Shown here in pieces: positions 1 to 10,523 of a stretch of DNA of 64,000 bases (position 1 is its first letter; the number at the start of each line of letters is the position of its first letter). The notes beneath the pieces are model-generated. The model was given only the letters and a program-made list of their open reading frames with translations. It ran no database searches and was not told where the DNA came from. The DNA is from Candidatus Latescibacterota bacterium (lineage in GTDB: Bacteria > Latescibacterota > UBA2968 > GCA-2709665). The stretch covers positions 832,001-896,000 of the forward strand of contig OZ250150.1 of NCBI GenBank assembly GCA_965237675.1, given 5' to 3'. The translations under genes were made by a program, and so were the position numbers.

Positions 1-1
1 G

Positions 2-463
2 ATGCATGAGTCGATCGGCGGAGGGGTTCTTTGGTATCACGTGGGCGTTCTGGATGTGGAGCGCAGGATAATCGATTGGGGCGAGGCGACGAAATTCGAT
101 CGGGGCACGGCTCCCAACGTGGCGCTGGATAACGGGATCGTAATGGAGGTGCATGAGGGGCACAACAGTTTGGATCTGTGGTATCACGTCGGTCCGGTGG
201 ATGCGGAGGCGAAGACGGTGTCCTGGGGAACAGCCTGGAATTACGGAGAAGGCTTGCTGCCTTTTGTGAGTGTTAGTGTCCGGGAAAGATCCGCGGATTT
301 CGACGGCAGCGGCCGGGTGGATTTTGGTGATTTTGTGATTTTCGCAAAGGCGTTCGGTTCCCAAGTAGGGGATGTCGATTACGAAAATCGACTCGACCTA
401 GACGGAGACGGTCGCATCGGGTTTGGCGATTTTATCCGATTCGCACGGGAATTCGGCACGTAA
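2..463 (+). CDS. 5'-partial protein with ~50-aa beta-propeller-like repeats and a C-terminal paired EF-hand/dockerin-like domain
   Basis: Two LWYHVG...WG...G..P repeats. The C-terminus has DFDGSGRVDFGDF and DLDGDGRIGFGDF loops. The frame is open at the window edge. Confidence 0.75.
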   Translation: MHESIGGGVLWYHVGVLDVERRIIDWGEATKFDRGTAPNVALDNGIVMEVHEGHNSLDLWYHVGPVDAEAKTVSWGTAWNYGEGLLPFVSVSVRERSADFDGSGRVDFGDFVIFAKAFGSQVGDVDYENRLDLDGDGRIGFGDFIRFAREFGT

Positions 464-574
464 CGCATTAATGCGTAATTGGCGGCGCCGGCCGCGCTGA
501 TCCGATCCATTTCCGACCCCGCGCCGGCACTTTCCGTAATTCAATTGGCGTTGCGACCGTTGTATAACGGGGAA

Positions 575-775
575 GGGTATCGATCACCGCCGCGGAAATG
601 GGTTCTGCGGCGGTATCTTTATGCCTGTACCAATGGATGAGACCCCTTCTGGGAATCCATCTTCGGATCGTGGGGCATCTCCGTGCGCCGCCCTTGATGG
701 GATCTCGGCCCCGCAGGCGAGGTTAGATGTGGCCTGGCCGGATATTGGTAGAAACCGGTGGTTCCGGGCTTTTTT
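575..775 (+). ncRNA. Possible ~200-nt structured intergenic RNA (unassigned)
   Basis: TATAAC at 563-568, a hairpin at 586-614, long-range taccaat/attggta pairing, and a GCCTGG/CCGGGC stem followed by T6 at 770-775. No family recognised. Confidence 0.2.
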
Positions 776-913
776 GTACACCATGTAGAGTCTATTTCCT
801 ATATTTCCTGAATACGCCGCGGGTTATAACGGGGTGGTCCGAATCGACAGGAAATCTCATACGGATATCCTGGTTTCCCGGCGTTCCGCGAAGCAGAAAC
901 AACCTGGTCCTTT

Positions 914-1687
914 ATGAGACGAATCCACAAGATCATCGTCGGATTTCTGATCGGTTCGACGGCATATGCAGGCGATCCGCCACCGGAATTCCATACGCCT
1001 TCCGGAGATTCAATCGTCATTCTGGAACGATTCGAGTATCCCGAGCAACTCGGGCGGTTTCCCAGGAACTGGGAAGCCAGAGCGGGCTGGCGCCAGAAGA
1101 AAACCAGGAAAAAAGAGGATCTGTATTACAAGATTCAGATGGAGGACGGCGATTGCTTTTTGAGGGCCGAAACCGTCGGCGGGGCCACGAATGCGGGGCG
1201 CCCCGTAAGAATCAACCTCCGTGTCTTCAAGAAGCTCAGGTGGCGATGGCGGGTACACAGCCTTCCGGCAGACGGTAATGAAACCTACAAGAAAACAAAC
1301 GACAGCGCGGCGGCGGTGCGGCTGGTATTCAAGGGCCGATTGGTTCCCAAGACACTCAAGTACGTCTGGAGCGCGACACTGCCGGCAGGCACGGAGACGG
1401 TAAGCCCGGCCAGCGAGGATACAAAAGTGATCGTCCTGGAATCCGGCCGGGGAAGGATGGGCAAATGGATCTGGGAGGAAGTCAACGCCTATGAAGACTA
1501 CAAACGTGTGTTCGGCAGCGACCCCCGGCTCGTCGGAGCCGTTGCCGTACTTACGGATTCTGACAACACGAAAGCGCACGTGAAGGCCGACTACGACGAC
1601 ATTTCTTTCTTGATGGCGCGATCCGATGCACCGGATATGGATTCCGAGGCCGATGCCTCAGACCAAGACAGGGGGACCGAGCGATGA
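914..1687 (+). CDS. DUF3047 family secreted protein
   Basis: Signal peptide; LRWRWRV, DSAAAV, LKYVWS and TDSDNT motifs. Confidence 0.8.
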   Translation: MRRIHKIIVGFLIGSTAYAGDPPPEFHTPSGDSIVILERFEYPEQLGRFPRNWEARAGWRQKKTRKKEDLYYKIQMEDGDCFLRAETVGGATNAGRPVRINLRVFKKLRWRWRVHSLPADGNETYKKTNDSAAAVRLVFKGRLVPKTLKYVWSATLPAGTETVSPASEDTKVIVLESGRGRMGKWIWEEVNAYEDYKRVFGSDPRLVGAVAVLTDSDNTKAHVKADYDDISFLMARSDAPDMDSEADASDQDRGTER

Positions 1688-3015
1688 CAGGAAACACAGG
1701 AGCGAGGCGGGAGCAGATACTGAAGGTAATCGCGGACAGGGAGCCGGGTTCAGGCTACGGTTCTGCACCAAAGCGCTGTATGAGACTGCCGCAATGGAAA
1801 CGCAGGACGATGCTGGGCCATCGTCCATGTTTTCCGGTGGGTTACGTCTATTTCCTACTCAGGATATTGCTGATAAGGCCAGCGGCGGTTTGTATGCTGA
1901 CGGTTTCGGCCGTATCGGCTCAGAACGTATCGATCACCGATTACGTGGTGCCCGTCAGCCGGGCGCATAACCTGCGTATCGACGCGCTCAGCTTCAATTT
2001 CGCGACAGAGGGAGAAAGAACGGATGTCTTGAATGGGAACCTGACGGTCGTATACAAAAAGTTCTACGAGTCTCTCCCATACGCTTATTCCGTCGACGCG
2101 ACATCCGAGGGTTTGCTCACGAAGAATACGTCTACCGGAAAGATCGAGAGCGATGCCCTTACGCTTCTCCGGACGAATATCAAGAAGTACCATCGGAAAG
2201 AAGGCAATTTATTCTATTCCTGGAGTACCGATTCCGACGTCGACACGGGATACGACAGACCGAACATAGAGATGACCCTGGGTATCGGACACGGCCGGTT
2301 TATTGACGCCACAGCGCTTCGGAAAGCCGTGCGGATCGAGGATTTTTTCCTTGAGGAGGGCATCATCGGCGATCATTTCCCCAAAGAGACGATGATCGAA
2401 CTGGCGCACATTATCGATAGGGAAAGAGAATACAAGGAACTTCACGGAGACCGGTACGAGAACTACTGGTTCGAAGACATGCTGGCGGAGATCAGGAAGT
2501 CTCGCATGGTTCTGGGAGAGGAAATCGGATTCGGCCTGGTGCGGATACAGGAAGTGCTGACCCAGGAGCAGATCAGCAAGAGATTCTACGGGTGGGATTT
2601 CACCACCGGCGTGCAATTCGAGGTATTGAACCCCTACGATGACCAGGACAGGCGGCCACCCGGACTTCTGATCAATTTCAGGTACTCCCACCCGATTAGT
2701 TGGAGCACGCAGATCAACACGGATTTCAGTTACAATACGCCTTTTTCCGGGGACTTTGGAAGGGGCTTCAACATGCGTCTCAGAACGGACTTCATCTACG
2801 AGGTCACGAACAGGATCCGGTTTGCAACATTGCAGACAGTGCGTGTACAGAAGCGCACAAAAAAGCAGGCCAGCGTTCGTACGAATATTTCGTTCGCGCT
2901 CAGCTTTTACATTGAAAACAAATTCAACATGACGCTTTCCGAGTCCTTCGCCGTCGTGAGAGGCGAAGATTCCAGGCAAAGCTTCAATATGGGGCTGAGT
3001 TACAGGATTTTTTAG
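1684..3015 (+). CDS. Hypothetical outer-membrane beta-barrel-like protein (true start probably downstream, ~1810-1894)
   Basis: Signal-like segment ending AVSA-Q, alternating beta-strand pattern, C-terminal GLSYRIF. Confidence 0.6.
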   Translation: MTGNTGARREQILKVIADREPGSGYGSAPKRCMRLPQWKRRTMLGHRPCFPVGYVYFLLRILLIRPAAVCMLTVSAVSAQNVSITDYVVPVSRAHNLRIDALSFNFATEGERTDVLNGNLTVVYKKFYESLPYAYSVDATSEGLLTKNTSTGKIESDALTLLRTNIKKYHRKEGNLFYSWSTDSDVDTGYDRPNIEMTLGIGHGRFIDATALRKAVRIEDFFLEEGIIGDHFPKETMIELAHIIDREREYKELHGDRYENYWFEDMLAEIRKSRMVLGEEIGFGLVRIQEVLTQEQISKRFYGWDFTTGVQFEVLNPYDDQDRRPPGLLINFRYSHPISWSTQINTDFSYNTPFSGDFGRGFNMRLRTDFIYEVTNRIRFATLQTVRVQKRTKKQASVRTNISFALSFYIENKFNMTLSESFAVVRGEDSRQSFNMGLSYRIF

Positions 3016-3233
3016 TCGTTGGAATTCTGGCTTGCGGATAGCGAGTCGGAGCGGAATCTCAACGCGCGCTGCGGATTCTTCGCGGCCCACAAAGACACTC
3101 GCGATGTCGGTTCGGCATCGCTGCGCGCCGGCATTGTAGAATGCGGGTACGCCCGCCGTCCGACGCCCCTTGTTTTTGCCCTTCCTTCTTTCACCGCCCC
3201 CCGCCCGTCGCATATCTCTCGCAGGTGTAGACT

Positions 3234-5498
3234 CTATAAGCTTTCCACCGCATCGACCAGCGCCCCGGTGGTGATGCCGAAGTGCGCCCAGGTTTCCATA
3301 TGGCCGTCGGATGGGGCGGTTCTTGGATCGGTCAGACCGATGTGCGCATGGGCAATTCCAACCGACGAAGCCCCGGTGGCCACCAGGCCGGCAAACCCCC
3401 TCAGCCCGGTCTCGGGCGTACCGATTTTGCCGTCTTCGACGGTCACAATCCCATCGGTGTATTGAGAAAGCAACGATTCCAGGCGATGGTTCGCCACCGG
3501 CAGGCCGTTGACGATATGTACGTCTGCCGAAACGCCGCGGTGATTCAGGATGTCCGCAGCCTCCCCGGCCAGAAAGGCCGGCGCTCCGAATGCGAAAATC
3601 GCGCGCCGGGCGCCGGGAAATGACCGGAAGGATGTGATGGGCTGCCATTCGTCATCGGGTTCCCAGAGGGGGCCGGAACCGTCCTGTTTTTCCAGGATGG
3701 GCAGGTTGTCGCGGGGAATGCCGACAATGTGCCCGCCATAGTGGGCGGCCAGATCCACAACGGCCAGAAAGGCCGAGCGTGCGTCAGACGGGGCGTAAAA
3801 CCGGTGCAGGTACGGAAGGTAGTTGAGGCCCACGTTAATCCAGTCCAGACCCCATCCGGAGAAGTGATCCCGGCCCGTACACGCGCCCACGTGGGAGAGA
3901 TGAAACGTGACGTTCAGGCCTTCGTTGACGCCTGTCAGGTTACGCTGATATTGCCACATGTCGAACCCTTCGCGGGCGATGCCTTCGAAGAACGCGGCAA
4001 AGGTGGACACCACGTTCAACTGAGGGTTCCGCGTACTGGTGGCCAGGCCGTCGGCGATGAGGGTGGCGGCCTGTTCTTCGATGCTGATTTCGAACTGGTG
4101 ATTTTCGGCCAGATGGCTTCGGGCCTTGGCCAGTTTGGTGGAAGCGTCCAGGTCGCAGCTGACCACGAAGACCCTTTCGGGAAAGGTTTCCGCCACGAGC
4201 GCATAGCCGGCTTCCGAGCCGTCGCGGGCGCTCTTCATCTCTCCCGGGCCTGGCAGCGAGACCCTCTTCAGCGCGCTTTCGGGTAGAACCAGATTCGGGC
4301 TTCCAGGCGCGGGTCGGGCGTGGGTTGTGACCGTGTGCGCCGGCTGCGATTTCAGACGCGCCAGCGCGGCCGCCTGTCCCGGCGTTGCCCGGAACATGGG
4401 ATTGGCAAGCACGTCCGCTTCGTTACGGTCTTTCATGCCCCCATCGTGGTGGCCGGCGCCACCCGGGAGTTCGTTCACCAGGAAGAGGCATTCCAGCATG
4501 GGTTCCACATCCCGATAGCTCATCAGCGCCCCGGGAACCCAGATCTCATGGTTCAGAGGCACATCGTGCCGGTCGGCGAAGGCTTCGACCTGTTCGGGAA
4601 TGCCGTTGTATTCGCCGAAGTGCGCCAGGTCGATCCGTTTGCCGTTTCGGGACCGGAATCCCACGGGGAAGATGAGACTGGGGCGGCCTTCCTGCGCCAG
4701 GATGTACGCTTCACGGTATGCCCGGTACAGACCGGCGGGATCGAGGAGCGTAGGGATTTCGAGGATTTCGACGCCCATAGCACCGATGATGGACCGGGGA
4801 TCTTTGTCCAGAATGCTCCGGGTGCTTCCGGAAAGCTGGATGCCGTTCCGGTCCATCACAAACGTGACGGGCGCGCCGTGAACGTGGGCGGCGTTAAAAC
4901 CGTTGAGCGCCTGGCCCGAGATCCAGCCGGCGTCTCCGCAATGGGCAACCACCCAGCATCCATCGCCGAAGGCGCCTCGCTTACCCAGCGCGTTGCCCAC
5001 CGCAACGGGAATCATCACACCCAGACGGCCGCCGTTCATCTGCGTGCCCCCCGGCAGCCAGGAAACGTGGCCGGGAAGATCCATGCCGCGACGAAAGTCG
5101 GAAACGACGTGTTCGGGGTCGACAAATCCCAACGCGGAAAGCGCGGCATAATATCCGACGCTGGTATGGGCGTGTTCGATGGTATACTCGATGCGTTCAA
5201 AGTCGACCACCGCCAGGGTGAGCAACAATGAGGGGATCAGGCCGATGCCGCCGCCCAGGTGATCCGCTTCGCCAATTCCGGCGAGGGACGCCAGGGAGCG
5301 AACGGCCGTGCGGGCGGCCTCGATTTGAAGGGCGGTAAATATGTTGACCTGTGTTTCCGTCAATGTCTCGGTTTGCCGGATGTCGATTTGCAGAGGCAGA
5401 ACTTCGGAAGTGACTATGTCGGACAGATATCGCGAACCGTCCAGCAGCGTCCGGTTGCGGTCCTCTTGCAGCGTTGTCGCGTGTTGCAATGCGGACAT
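3234..5498 (-). CDS. Transketolase-like TPP enzyme (single chain)
   Basis: DHLGG, LPGHVS, GDAG...DRNGIQLSG TPP motif, SIEEQ, GRDH and a C-terminal VTVEDG domain. Confidence 0.8.
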   Translation of the reverse strand: MSALQHATTLQEDRNRTLLDGSRYLSDIVTSEVLPLQIDIRQTETLTETQVNIFTALQIEAARTAVRSLASLAGIGEADHLGGGIGLIPSLLLTLAVVDFERIEYTIEHAHTSVGYYAALSALGFVDPEHVVSDFRRGMDLPGHVSWLPGGTQMNGGRLGVMIPVAVGNALGKRGAFGDGCWVVAHCGDAGWISGQALNGFNAAHVHGAPVTFVMDRNGIQLSGSTRSILDKDPRSIIGAMGVEILEIPTLLDPAGLYRAYREAYILAQEGRPSLIFPVGFRSRNGKRIDLAHFGEYNGIPEQVEAFADRHDVPLNHEIWVPGALMSYRDVEPMLECLFLVNELPGGAGHHDGGMKDRNEADVLANPMFRATPGQAAALARLKSQPAHTVTTHARPAPGSPNLVLPESALKRVSLPGPGEMKSARDGSEAGYALVAETFPERVFVVSCDLDASTKLAKARSHLAENHQFEISIEEQAATLIADGLATSTRNPQLNVVSTFAAFFEGIAREGFDMWQYQRNLTGVNEGLNVTFHLSHVGACTGRDHFSGWGLDWINVGLNYLPYLHRFYAPSDARSAFLAVVDLAAHYGGHIVGIPRDNLPILEKQDGSGPLWEPDDEWQPITSFRSFPGARRAIFAFGAPAFLAGEAADILNHRGVSADVHIVNGLPVANHRLESLLSQYTDGIVTVEDGKIGTPETGLRGFAGLVATGASSVGIAHAHIGLTDPRTAPSDGHMETWAHFGITTGALVDAVESL

Positions 5499-5763
5499 AA
5501 ACGGGCTCCTCTGAGAGGGAGGCGGGTTCGGTTGAAGCAGGGGGAATTGCGCAATACGGGGGAGGGAATGGGGAGCGGCAACTTCGAACTAAAAATACAG
5601 TGGTTTTGGAAAAAAACCAGCTAAAAATCGGTCCGTCGATCGCCGAGCCGCTTCCGGATTCTGCCGGGAAAACTTAGCTTGGAAGTTCGACGGTCCTGTG
5701 GTATTTTGTGCTTGAAAATGAGCTTGCACACGGTACATTGGCGATTTTGGAAAGGAGCGGAAG

Positions 5764-6534
5764 ATGGCCGGTACGGTATTGGCTGCGCAGATGTATACAG
5801 TGCGTGAATTTACAAAAACACCCGCGGATGTCGCGGACAGCCTGAAAAAGGTGAAGGCGCTGGGATACGACGCCATGCAGGTGTCGGCATTTGGAGAGAT
5901 CAGCCCTCAGGAACTCAAGAATCTGGCGGACGGGGAAGGCCTGGAGATCTGCGCCACCCACACCAGCTACGAACGTATGAGGGATGAAACGCAGGCCGTG
6001 ATCGACGAGCATCTGTTGTGGGGGTGTAAATACCCGGCGATCGGGGGGATTCCCCAGAATTTTCGCCAAAGCGGAGGAGACGGATTCAGGCGGTTCGCCG
6101 TCGAGGCATCCGAGGTGGCCAGAAAGCTTGCGGCGGCGGGGCTCACGTTCGGATATCACAACCACAGTTTTGAACTCGAGCGATTCGGCGACCGAACCGG
6201 CCTGCAGATCCTGTTGGAAGACAGCGACCCCCAGGTCTTTCAGCTCGAGATCGACACCTACTGGATTCAGCACGGGGGCGGCGACCCCGCCGAGTGGATT
6301 CGAAGGGCCGCGGGCCGGGCGGACCTGGTTCACGTGAAAGACATGGCCATGCGCGGCCGCGACCAGCTCTACGCCGAGGTGGGAGAGGGCAACCTGAACT
6401 GGCCGGCCATTCTGGATGCCTGCACGGCAGCGGGCACGCTTTGGTACATTGTGGAACAGGACACGTGCCAGCGGGACCCGTTCGAAAGCCTGGGCATCAG
6501 TCTGCGGAATCTGCAGGGAATGGGATTGGAATAA
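5764..6534 (+). CDS. Sugar phosphate isomerase/epimerase (xylose isomerase-like TIM barrel)
   Basis: YHNHSFE, EIDTYW, HVKD and IVEQD motifs; RBS AAGGAG. Confidence 0.9.
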   Translation: MAGTVLAAQMYTVREFTKTPADVADSLKKVKALGYDAMQVSAFGEISPQELKNLADGEGLEICATHTSYERMRDETQAVIDEHLLWGCKYPAIGGIPQNFRQSGGDGFRRFAVEASEVARKLAAAGLTFGYHNHSFELERFGDRTGLQILLEDSDPQVFQLEIDTYWIQHGGGDPAEWIRRAAGRADLVHVKDMAMRGRDQLYAEVGEGNLNWPAILDACTAAGTLWYIVEQDTCQRDPFESLGISLRNLQGMGLE

Positions 6535-6657
6535 ACACCCCGAAACCCAACACCAGGGGCCTGTGAATCAGGGAAGACGAGATCGCTTCTATCCCGGAAT
6601 CGCGGGCCTGTCAACAGCAGACCCGATTCAGGTGTTCGTGCCAGTGTGAGGAGTCGT

Positions 6658-8646
6658 ATGCCGGCAGTAAACATCCCATCCTGTGACGCAATCCTGCAGT
6701 CCGACGACGAATCAATCTACGAGGTTCGTACGCGGGCGCCGGGGCCCGAGGGGCGTTTGACTTCCCTGACGGAAGCGCACGTCATCGAATCGCCCAGCGG
6801 AGATATCTTCGGCTATAGCCAGAACGCGGGTATGGGGTGGAATCCGGCGGAACTGGGGCGGCCCGAGTTCCTGATTTTAAGCACGATGGGCGGAATACGT
6901 GGACCGGAGGGACAACCGGTCGCGCTGGGATATCATACGGGACACTGGGAGGTCGGGCTGCTGATGCAGGAGGCCGCCGAGGAGATTAAACGTCTGGGCG
7001 GCATTCCGTTTGCGGGTTATTGCTCCGACCCCTGCGACGGGCGTACGCAGGGCACCACGGGCATGATGGACAGTCTCGCCTATCGCAACGACGCGGCAAT
7101 GGTGCTCCGTCGGCTGATCCGGTCGCTGCCCACCCGCAAAGGGGTAATTGGCATTGCAACCTGCGACAAGGGATTGCCCGCGATGATGATCGCCCTGGCG
7201 GCGATGCACTCCCTGCCCACGGCGATCGTTCCGGGGGGCGTGACGCTTCCACCCGAAAATGGAGAAGACGCCGGCAAGATACAGTCGGTTGGCGTCAGGC
7301 TGGCGCACGGGGAGATGACGATTTCCGACGTACAGGACCTGGGATGCCGGGCCTGTGCCTCGCCCGGCGGCGGTTGCCAATTCCTGGGCACCGCGGCGAC
7401 TTCCCAGGTGGTGGCGGAAGCGCTCGGATTCGCGCTGACCCATTCGGCCCTGGCGCCGTCCGGTCAGCCGGTCTGGCTGGACATGGCGCTCAGGTCCGCC
7501 CGATCCGTTTTTGCAATGCAGGCGTCCGGCTCTACCACCGCGGACGTGATTACGGATTCCTCGGTTCACAATGCAATGGTGACCCATGCCGCGTTCGGCG
7601 GATCGACAAACCTGCTGTTGCATATTCCGGCGGTGGCGTATGCGGCCGGTCTCACCCGGCCCACGGTGGAAGACTGGAACCACGTGAACCGCCAGGTCCC
7701 CCGTCTGGTTGACGTCTTGCCCAATGGTCCTGAATTCCATCCCACGGTTCGAGCGTTTCTGGCAGGGGGGGTTCCGGAAGTGATGCTGCACCTGCGGAAG
7801 CTCGGGCTGCTGGAAGAAGGTGCGATGACCATTTCGGGCGGAACGCTCGGGGAGAACCTGGACTGGTGGAAGGGGTCCGAACGAAGGGTGCGGTTCCGGG
7901 AGGCATTGCGGACGCGGGACGGAATCGACCCGGATAACGTCATTATGGATGCGGACCGCGCGCGGGCAAGAGGGTTGACCAGTACGGTCTGTTTCCCCAC
8001 GGGAAATATCGCGCCGGAAGGGTCCGTGGTAAAAAGCACGGCAATCGATCCTTCGGTCGTCGACGCGGATGGCGTCTACAGGATGAGCGGTCCGGTGAAG
8101 GTGTTCATCACCGAGCGCGCCGCGGCGGCCGCGCTGAAGGATTCCGGTCCGCAGGGCGTCAAACCGGGCGACGTGATGGTGTTGATCGGGCGTGGCCCGA
8201 TGGGGGCGGGGATGGAGGAGATTGCGCAGATCACGACCGCGCTCAAGTACCTGGACTTCGGCAAACACGTGGCCGTGCTCACGGATGCTCGGTTTTCGGG
8301 GTTCTCCACTGGAGCGTGCATTGGCCACATTGGCCCCGAGGCGCTGGCCGGCGGCCCGATCGGCAAGTTGAAGGACGGAGACATCGTGGAAATCGCGATC
8401 GACCGGAAGGAACTCTCGGGCAGCATCCACTTTGTCGGCGTGGGCGAGACCCGGTTTGGACCTGAAGAGGGTCGTCGGATTCTGGCCGACCGCGCCACGC
8501 GCTCCGATTTGGCGCCCGACCCGGATCTTCCTGACGATACCCGGCTATGGGCGGCCCTTCAGAACGTGGGCGGCGGTACGTGGGGGGGATGCGTCTACGA
8601 CGTGGAGGCGATTGTGAAACGGTTGGACGGCGGTACACCCCCGTGA
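6658..8646 (+). CDS. yagF: D-xylonate dehydratase, YagF/YjhG family (IlvD/Edd superfamily)
   Basis: [40 protein letters not shown] and TDARFSG motifs. Confidence 0.85.
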   Translation: MPAVNIPSCDAILQSDDESIYEVRTRAPGPEGRLTSLTEAHVIESPSGDIFGYSQNAGMGWNPAELGRPEFLILSTMGGIRGPEGQPVALGYHTGHWEVGLLMQEAAEEIKRLGGIPFAGYCSDPCDGRTQGTTGMMDSLAYRNDAAMVLRRLIRSLPTRKGVIGIATCDKGLPAMMIALAAMHSLPTAIVPGGVTLPPENGEDAGKIQSVGVRLAHGEMTISDVQDLGCRACASPGGGCQFLGTAATSQVVAEALGFALTHSALAPSGQPVWLDMALRSARSVFAMQASGSTTADVITDSSVHNAMVTHAAFGGSTNLLLHIPAVAYAAGLTRPTVEDWNHVNRQVPRLVDVLPNGPEFHPTVRAFLAGGVPEVMLHLRKLGLLEEGAMTISGGTLGENLDWWKGSERRVRFREALRTRDGIDPDNVIMDADRARARGLTSTVCFPTGNIAPEGSVVKSTAIDPSVVDADGVYRMSGPVKVFITERAAAAALKDSGPQGVKPGDVMVLIGRGPMGAGMEEIAQITTALKYLDFGKHVAVLTDARFSGFSTGACIGHIGPEALAGGPIGKLKDGDIVEIAIDRKELSGSIHFVGVGETRFGPEEGRRILADRATRSDLAPDPDLPDDTRLWAALQNVGGGTWGGCVYDVEAIVKRLDGGTPP

Positions 8647-9407
8647 GTCATTTCAACCGATCTGCATCCGAAATCTGGCGCCCGCCGCCTGAACATCCGG
8701 TGGTATCGGACGACGAGATTCAGGTCTGGCGCATGAATCTGGACCGGCCGGCATCAGAGATTCGCGAGATGCAGGACGTGCTTTCCGAAGACGAGAACAC
8801 GCGCGCCGCCCGGCTTGTCTTTGACAGACACCGGGCGCGTTTTATTGCGGGCCGGGCGTCCCTCAGGAGGATTCTGGGTCGGTACGTGGGCCTGGCACCG
8901 GACCGGCTGGAATTCGGCTACGAATCCCGGGGTAAGCCGTTTTTGAAGAGGGGTTCGGATGGGGACGCCGTGCGCTTCAACCTCTCCCACACCGGCGAAC
9001 TCGCCCTCCTTGCGGTGGTCAGGACGCGGGAAATCGGGGTGGACGTGGAACGCATCCGGGCGGTCAAAGAACACCTTCGGTTGGCGGGACGTTATTTTTC
9101 GCCCGGTGAAGTCACCGCGATCCGGGAATTGCCCCGGGAGGTTCAATACGAGGCGTTTTTCAATTGTTGGACCCGTAAAGAGGCGTATATCAAAGCATCG
9201 GGAACCGGGCTTGCGTGCCCGCTGGATGGATTCGAAGTCTCTCTGGCGCCCGGAGCACCGGCAGCCATGCTGCATATCAACGAGAATCCAGCGGCTTCGT
9301 CAGAGTGGTTTTTACAGGCGCTGGAGCCCGGGAACGGCTTTGTGGGGGCCGTCGCGTTGAAGGGACAGGGTTACCGGGTGACCTGCTGGGAGTGGCGGGC
9401 CGGTTGA
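8643..9407 (+). CDS. 4'-phosphopantetheinyl transferase, Sfp/HetI type
   Basis: GKP, FNLSH, IGVDVE and [10 protein letters not shown] motifs. The GTG start overlaps the upstream stop (GTGA). Confidence 0.9.
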   Translation: MSHFNRSASEIWRPPPEHPVVSDDEIQVWRMNLDRPASEIREMQDVLSEDENTRAARLVFDRHRARFIAGRASLRRILGRYVGLAPDRLEFGYESRGKPFLKRGSDGDAVRFNLSHTGELALLAVVRTREIGVDVERIRAVKEHLRLAGRYFSPGEVTAIRELPREVQYEAFFNCWTRKEAYIKASGTGLACPLDGFEVSLAPGAPAAMLHINENPAASSEWFLQALEPGNGFVGAVALKGQGYRVTCWEWRAG

Positions 9408-9446
9408 ACCCGGTAGGCCAAGCCCTGACGTATCATTACGTTCTTT

Positions 9447-10436
9447 TCATTCCCCGGGAGCGCCGCCAGAGTGCTCCCGGATTTCTTTGTACGCTTCCGT
9501 GGCCGACTGGGGTTGCTGGTAGTCCGCGGCCCATTCGCGCTCTTCAGCGGGCATTTTTCCGATGGTGCGCGCCATCTGGCGGATGTGGGAACCCTCGCAT
9601 CCGCAGCATCAGCCGATAAAATTCACGCCGAGGTCCAGGGCTTTTTTTGCGAAATCGCCCATTTCGTAGCGCGTGATCTTGGATGGGTCGAGTTTGTCCG
9701 GAAAGCCGGGCTGACCGGTGAAGAAGGGCACTTCGGGCGTGCATCGATAGGCCACCGGCTGGGCGGCCACGTGGCACGTTACCGCCGCCCGCATCTTTTC
9801 GATGGCGGGGAGCATGAAAGTCGGATCCTGCCAGCAATTGGCGCCCACGATGTCGGCGCCCGCGCCTTCCAGCATCCGCGCGGCCTCTCCGGGGGTCTTT
9901 CCGTCCCGCGTTTCCGGGCCTTCAAACGCCAGCGTAATCATGGCGGGAAGGCCGGTTTCTTTTGCGCGTTCGAGGGCGATGAGGGCTTCCCCCACGTAGA
10001 GGAACGTCTCTCCGATGATGAAGTCGACGCCCTCGGCCATCTGGTAGCCGAGTTGAGCATCGAAAAGGCGGCGGCATTCGTCCTCCGATTCGGGATACTT
10101 CCACGTCAGACAGATATTCCCCGCAACCAGGGCCCTGTCGCCGGCGGCCTCGCGAGCGATTCTGACGGCCGCCCGGTTGATTTCCTCCAGCCTGCCGGCA
10201 CAGCCGATTTGCGCCAGCTTGTTTTCGCTGGCGTAAAACGCGAGCACCTGCAGGACTTCCGCCCCCGCGTGGAGGAATTCCTCGTGCAGGGCCAGGAGCG
10301 CGTTGGGGTTTTCAATCGTGACTTCCGGCGTGAACGGGCCGGCCTGGACGTAACCCCGATTCTCCAGCGCGAGCAAATATCCCCCGTCGCCAATCACCAC
10401 ACCCGCCTCCAGTTGTTCCAGTATCGACTCGGACAT
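9447..10436 (-). CDS. Homocysteine S-methyltransferase (BHMT-like) with an in-frame TGA at 9609-9611; candidate selenoprotein, otherwise a nonsense allele
   Basis: IGDGG, GETF and GANC motifs. Reading through the TGA gives NFIG-*-CCGCEGSHIRQMARTIGK...GAPGE, ending at the stop at 9447-9449, which restores the family CCG Zn-ligand motif. Confidence 0.8.
9576..9608 (-). promoter_or_regulatory. SECIS-like stem-loop immediately 3' of the in-frame UGA
   Basis: GCGGATG (9604-9598) pairs perfectly with CATCCGC (9585-9579). The inner CGAGGGTTCCCA can form a short upper stem with a G-starting loop about 16 nt from the UGA. Confidence 0.45.
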
Positions 10437-10523
10437 CGGAATTTCTCCCGTATGGTTGGAGATGGAACCCAAATACACGGGCAACCCTAATGGTTGCGCT
10501 TGTTTCTTTCGCGGTCAGCGTGT

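Noticed and set aside
9609-9611. Genome-wide UGA reassignment (code 4/25)
   Set aside because: Many genes end at TGA at family-typical C-termini, often in ATGA/GTGA overlaps, so UGA is a normal stop.
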